30,031 nucleotides of DNA, taken from Zygnema circumcarinatum SAG 698-1b. Its lineage: Eukaryota > Plantae > Zygnematophyceae. The translations under genes were made by a program, and so were the position numbers. The stretch lies in the NCBI GenBank assembly GCA_037447605.1, contig JBBHKD010000025.1, positions 1-30,031 on the forward strand, in the 5' to 3' direction. The notes beneath the pieces are model-generated. The model searched no databases. It was not told the origin of the DNA and saw only the letters and a list, made by a program, of their open reading frames with translations. Positions 24,251 to 30,031 of the stretch are shown in pieces; positions within the stretch are counted from its first letter, which is position 1; every line of letters starts with the position of its first letter.

Positions 24251-27200
24251 AGGGAGAACGCCAAATGGACTCAATCTTTTTGTGCATACGGCGGACACAC
24301 AGTAGAGTGACGCTAAGAAATTTCGGAGCACAAAAGTAAAAGACAAAAAAGTTATATTTAACGGAGTGGACGTGTATAGGAACGCAACTTATTGCACGTG
24401 TCACAAAAACGTCCATATCTGAATAGGGACAACGCTTAATTGACTCAAACTTTTTTTGCATACGGCGGACTCACTGTAGAGTGACGCTGAGAAATTTCGG
24501 TGCAAAAGAATAAAAGACAAAAAAGTTATGTATAACGGAGTGGACGTGTATAGGAACGCAACCTATTGCACGTGTCACAAAAACGTCCATATCAGGTTAG
24601 GGAGAACGCTTAATTGACTCTAACTTTTTGTGCATACGGCGGACTCACTATAGAGTGACGATGAGAAATTTAGGTGCAAAAAAATAAAAGACAAAAATAT
24701 TATATATAACGGAGTGGACGTGTATAGGAACGCAACCTATTGCACGTGTCACAAAAACGTCCATATTTGAATGGGGAGAACGCCAAATTGACTCAAACTT
24801 TTTGTGCATACGGCGGACTCACTATAGAGTGACGATGAGAAATTTCGGTGCAAAAGAATAAAAGACAAAAAAGTTATGTATAACGGAGTGGATGTGTATA
24901 CGAACGCAACCTATAGCACGTGTCACAAAAACGTCCATATCTGAATAAGGAGAACGCCAAATGGACTCAATCTTTTTGTGCATACGGCGGACACACAGTA
25001 GAGTGACGCTAAGAAATTTCGGAGCACAAAAGTAAAAGACAAAAAAGTTATATATAACGGAGTGGACGTGTATAGGAACGCAACCTATTGCACGTGTCAC
25101 AAAAACGTCCATATCTGAATAGGGAGAACGCTTAAATGACTCAAACTTTTGTGCATACGGCGGACTCACTGTAGAGTAACGCCGCGAAATTTCGGTGCAA
25201 AAGAGTAAAAGAAAAGATAGTTATGTATAACGGAATGGACATGATGTGAACACAACTTATCGCGACGCGGTCACAAAACGTCCATATCCTCAATAGGGAG
25301 AACGCTTAATTGACTCCAAACTTTTTGTGCATACGGCGGACCTGGCATCGTGAGAGTGACGCCTGTGAAATTCCCCCGGTGCAAAAAGTATAAAAGACAA
25401 AAAGCTATGTATAACTGGAGCTGACATGTACAAAGAACGCAACTTATCGCGACGCTTGCCACAAAAACGTCCATATCCGGTTAAGGAGAACGCCAAATGG
25501 ACTCAATCTTTTTGTGCATACGGCGGACACACAGTAGAGTGACTCTAAGAAATTTCGGAGGACAAAAGTAAAAGACAAAAAAGTTATGTATAACGGAGTG
25601 GACGTGTATAGGAACGCAACCTATTGCACGTGTCACAAAAACGTCCATATCTGAATAGGGAGAACGCTTTATTGACTCAAACTTTTTGTGCATACGGCGG
25701 ACTCAATCAGAGTGACGCTGAAATTTCGGTGCAAAAAGAATAAAAAGACAAAAAAGTTATGTATAACGGAGTGGACGTGCATGTGAACGCTAACCTATCA
25801 AGACGCGCCACAAAACGTTCATATCTGGAATAGTGGAGAACGCTTAATTGACTCCAAACTTTTTGTGCATACGGCGGACTCATCAGAGAGTGACGCTGAG
25901 AGATTTCGCAGCAAAAGAGTAAAAGACAAAATAGTTAAGGCGGCGGCAACGGATGACATGTATAGAACGCAACTTATCGCGACGCTGGCTGGCCAAAAAC
26001 GTCCATATCTGAATAAGGGACAACGCTTAATTGACTCAAACTTTTTGTGCATACGGCGGACTCACCTGTAGGAGTGACGCTGAGAAATTCTGGTGCAAAA
26101 AGAATAAAAGACAAAAAGTTATGTATAACGGAGTGGACGTATAGAACGCTAACCTATCGCACGGTCACAAAAACGTCCATATCTGAATAACAGGAGAACG
26201 CTTAATTGACTCAAACTTTTGGTGCATACGGCGGACTCACTGTAGAGTGACGCTGAGAAATTTCGGTGCAAAAGAATAAAAGACAAAAAAGTTATGTATA
26301 ACGGAGTGGACATGTATAGGAACGCAACTTATTGCACGTGTCACAAAAACGTCCATATCTGAATAGGGACAACGCTTAATTGACTCAAACTTTTTGTGCA
26401 TACGGCGGACTCACTGTAGAGTGACGCTGAGAAATTTCGGTGCAAAAGAATAAAAGACAAAAAAGTTATGTATAACGGAGTGGACGTGTATAGGAACGCA
26501 ACCTATTGCACGTGTCACAAAAACGTCCATATCTGAATAGGGAGAACGCTTAATTGACTCAAACTTTTTGTGCATACGGCGGACTCAGTGTAGAGTGCCG
26601 CTAAGAAATTTCGGTGCAAAAGAGTAAAAGACAAAAAAGTTATGTATAACGGAGTTGACATGTATAGGAACGCAACTTATTGCACGTGTCACAAAAACGT
26701 CCATATCTGAATAGGGACAACGCTTAATTGACTCAAACTTTTTGTGCATACGGCGGACTCACTGTAGAGTGACGCTGAGAAATTTCGGTGCAAAAGAGTA
26801 AAAGACAAAAACGTTATGTATAACGGAGTGGACGTGTATAGGAACGCAACCTATTGCACGTGTCACAAAAACGTCCATATCTGAATAGGGACAACGCTTA
26901 ATTGACTCAAACTTTTTGTGCATACGGCGGACTCACTGTAGAGTGACGTTGAGAAATTTCGGTGCAAAAGAGTAAAAGACAAAAAAGTTATGTATAACGG
27001 AGTGGACGTGTATAGGAACGCAACCTATTGCACGTGTCACAAAAACGTCCATATCTGAATAGGGAGAACGCTTAATTGACTCAAACTTTTTGTGCATACG
27101 GCGGACTCACTGTAGGGTGACGCTGAGAAATTTCGGTGCAAAAGAGTAAAAGACAAAAAAGTTATGTATAACGGAGTGGACATGTAAAGGAACGCACTTA

Positions 27201-29150
27201 TCAAGACGCGGTCACAAAACGTCCATATCTGAATAGTGGGACAACGCTTTAATTGACTCAAACTTTTTGTGCATACGGCGGGACTCATCAGAGAGTGACG
27301 CTGAGAAATTTCGGTGCAAAAGAATAAAAAGACAAAAGTTATGTATAACGGAGTGGACGCTTGTGATAGAACGCTAACCTATCGCATCGTCACAAAACGT
27401 CCATATTCGAATAGGGAGAACGCTTAATTGACTCAAACTTTTAGGCATACGGCGGACTCAAAGGTAGAGTGCCGCTAAGAAATTCCCTGGCAGCAAAAGA
27501 GTAAAAGACAAAAAAGTTATGTATAAAGGTGTTGATATGTATACGAACGCCACCTATTGCACGTGGTCACGAAGACACTCTTACCTTACTCGGCACAATG
27601 CTTAATTGACTCAAACTTTTTGTGCATACGGCGGACTCACTGTAGAGTAACGCTGCGAAATTTCGGTGCAAAAGAGTAAAAGACAAAAAAGTTATGTATA
27701 ACGGAGTGGACATGTATAGGAACACAACTTATTGCACGTGTCACAAAAACGTCCATATCTGAATAGGGAGAACGCTTAATTGACTCAAACTTGTTGTGCA
27801 TACGGCGGACTCACTGTAGAGTGACGCTAAGAAATTTCGGTGCAAAAGAAAAAAAGACAAAAAAGTTATGTATAACGGAGTGGACATGTATAGGAACGCA
27901 ACTTATTGCACGTGTCACAAAAACGTCCATATCTGAATAAGGAGAACGCCAAATGGACCTCAATCTTTTTGTGCATTGTACGGCGACACACAAAGTAGAA
28001 ATGACGCTAAGAAATTTCGAGCGCAAAAGTAAAAGACAAAAAGTTATATATAACGGAAAGGACGCAGCATAATGAACGCTAACCTATTGCACGTCAAAAA
28101 AAACGTCCATATCTGAATAAAGAACGCCAAATCGACTCAAACGTTTCCTTTATAAGATAATGGCGGACTCACCGGTAGAAGTGACGCTGAGAAATTCCGG
28201 TGCAAAGAGTAAAAGACAAAAAGTTATGATAACGGAGTGGGATAATGATAGAACGCGAACTTATCAGACGTGTCAAGCAAAAAACGTCCATATTTGAATA
28301 ACAGTGGAAACGCCAAATCGACTCAAACTTTTGTGCATACGGCGGATTCAATCGAGAGTAACGCCGGTTTCGGTGCACAAAACTAAAAAGACAAAAAGTT
28401 ATATATGGAATGGAGTGGGATGTGTATACCTAACGCGTTCTATAAAGACGCGCCACAAAAAACGTCAAGATTCCATCAGTGGAGTAACGCCAAACGGATC
28501 ACCTTTTGTGCATACGGCGGACAATAATGAGAGGACGCTAAGAAATTCCTGAGCACAAAAGTAAAAGACAAAAAAGTTATATTTAACGGAGTGGACGTGT
28601 ATAGGAACGCAACTTATTGCACGTGTCACAAAAACGTCCATATCTGAATAGGGACAACGCTTAATTGACTCAAACTTTTTGTGCATACGGCGGACTCATT
28701 GTAGAGTGACGCTGACAAATTTCAGTGCAAAAGAATAAACAAAAAAGTTATGTATAACGGAGTGGACGTGTATAGGAACGCAACCTATTGCACGTGTCAC
28801 AAAAACGTCCATATCTGAATAGGGAGAACGCTTAATTGACTCAAACTTTTTGTGCATACGGCGGACTCACTGTAGAGTGACGCTGAGAAATTTCGGTATG
28901 AAAGAGTAAAAGACAAAAACGTTATGTATAACAGAGTGGACGTGTATAGGAACGCAACCTATTGCACGTGTCACTAAAACGTCCATATGTGAATAGGGAG
29001 AACGCTTAATTGACTCAAACTTTTTGTGCATACGGCGGACTCACTGTAGAGTGACGCTGAGAATTTTCGGTGCAAAAGCGTAAAAGACAAAAACGTTATG
29101 TATAACGGAGTGGACGTGTATAGGAACGCAACCTATTGCACGTGTCACAA
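23900..29150 (+). repeat. Copy 2 of the large intra-array duplication, with ~5 extra monomers at ~26600-27460
   Basis: The offset to copy 1 is 12405-12428 up to 26585 and then about 13306-13316 (27647 vs 14341; 28897 vs 15581). The jump of ~880 bp equals about 5 monomers. Confidence 0.82.
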
Positions 29151-30031
29151 AAACGCCCATATCTGAATAGGGACAACGCTTAATTGACGCAAACTTTTTG
29201 TGCATACGGCGGACTCACTGTAGAGTGACGCTGAGAAATTTCGGTGCAAAAGAATAAAAGACAAAAAAGTTATGTATAACGGAGTAGACGTGTATAGGAA
29301 CGCAACCTAATGCACGGGCCACAAAAACGTCCATATCTGAATAGGGAGAACGCTTAATTGACTCAAACTTTTTGTGCATACGGCGGACTCACTGTAGAGT
29401 GACGCTGAGAAATTTCGGTGCAAAAGAGTAAAAGACAAAAAAGTTATGTATAACGGAGTGGACATGTATAGGAACGCAACTTATTGCACGTGTCACAAAA
29501 ACGTCCATATCTGAATAGGGACAACGCTTAATTGACTCAAACTTTTTGTGCATACGGCGGACTCACTCGGTAGAGTGACGCTGAGAAATTTCGGTGCAAA
29601 AGAGTAAAAGACAAAAAAGTTATGTATAACGGAGTGGACATGTATAGAACGCAAACTTATCAGACGTGTCACAAAAACGTCCATATCTGAATGCGGACAA
29701 CGCTTAATTCGACTCAAACTTTTGTGCATACGGCGACTCACCAGAGTGACGCTGAGAAATTCCTGGTGCAAAAGAATAAAAGACAAAAAAGTTATGTATA
29801 ACGGAGTGGACGTGTATAGGAACGCAACTTATTGCACGTGTCACAAAAACGTCCATATCTGAATAGGGAGAACGCTTAATTGACTCAAACTTTTTGTGCA
29901 TACGGCGGACTCACTGTAGAGTGACGCTGAGAAATTTCGGTGCAAAAGAGTAAAAGACAAAAAAGTTATGTATAACGGAGTGGACATGTAAAGGAACGCA
30001 ACTTATCGCGACGTGTCACAAAACGTCCATA

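Larger units (their letters stand above)
1..30031 (+). repeat. Tandem satellite DNA array, 174-bp monomer, ~172 head-to-tail copies; candidate (peri)centromeric satellite of an unidentified eukaryote
   Basis: The anchor GTCCATAT recurs at exactly 174-bp steps in clean regions (15317, 15491, 15665, 15839, 16013, 16187, 16361). The same motif order is seen from base 1 to base 30031, with no unique sequence and no inverted monomer. The centromeric assignment is inference from monomer size and HOR organisation only. Confidence 0.99.

Noticed and set aside
321-29901. About 60 ORFs of 62-151 aa in the ORF track, many starting MHKKFESIKRSPYSDMDVF
   Set aside because: They are translations of the 174-bp repeat in different frames, with a 58-aa period and no recognisable domain. 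ORF ends depend on monomer variants or on indels in noisy patches. I did not annotate them as CDS.
1-30031. CRISPR array
   Set aside because: There are no unique spacers. The entire 174-bp unit is repeated, and there are no cas genes or leader.
1-30031. Assignment to a named satellite or species from length alone (alpha satellite, CEN178, CentBr, Xenopus Fcr1, trypanosome 177-bp repeat)
   Set aside because: A similar monomer length is not homology. I recognise no diagnostic sequence match and cannot run a database search.

Overview
The whole 30,031-bp window is one uninterrupted, head-to-tail tandem array of a 174-bp satellite monomer (about 172 copies, all in the same orientation; consensus about 41% GC with 10 CpG, counted by hand). 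An exact consensus copy lies at 10082-10255: TCACAAAAACGTCCATATCTGAATAGGGAGAACGCTTAATTGACTCAAACTTTTTGTGCATACGGCGGACTCACTGTAGAGTGACGCTGAGAAATTTCGGTGCAAAAGAGTAAAAGACAAAAAAGTTATGTATAACGGAGTGGACGTGTATAGGAACGCAACCTATTGCACGTG. I found no credible protein-coding gene, RNA gene, transposon or CRISPR array; every ORF in the track is a translation of the satellite. Monomer size, array length and higher-order repeats (HORs) resemble eukaryotic (peri)centromeric satellite DNA, but I cannot name the organism or family from sequence alone. Diagnostic variants show nested organisation: two linked monomer haplotypes, a 5-monomer HOR (~870 bp), two 7-monomer derivatives (~1.22 kb), a block repeated at a 16-monomer offset (~2.8 kb), and a ~12.4-13.3 kb-offset duplication. 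More than 20 indel-rich patches overlay this structure. They carry the same recurrent, T->C-biased changes and are not shared between HOR copies. They most likely are long-read basecalling errors, possibly caused by modified bases, so this looks like a raw or unpolished long read. All coordinates and spacings were read by eye and may be off by a few bases.
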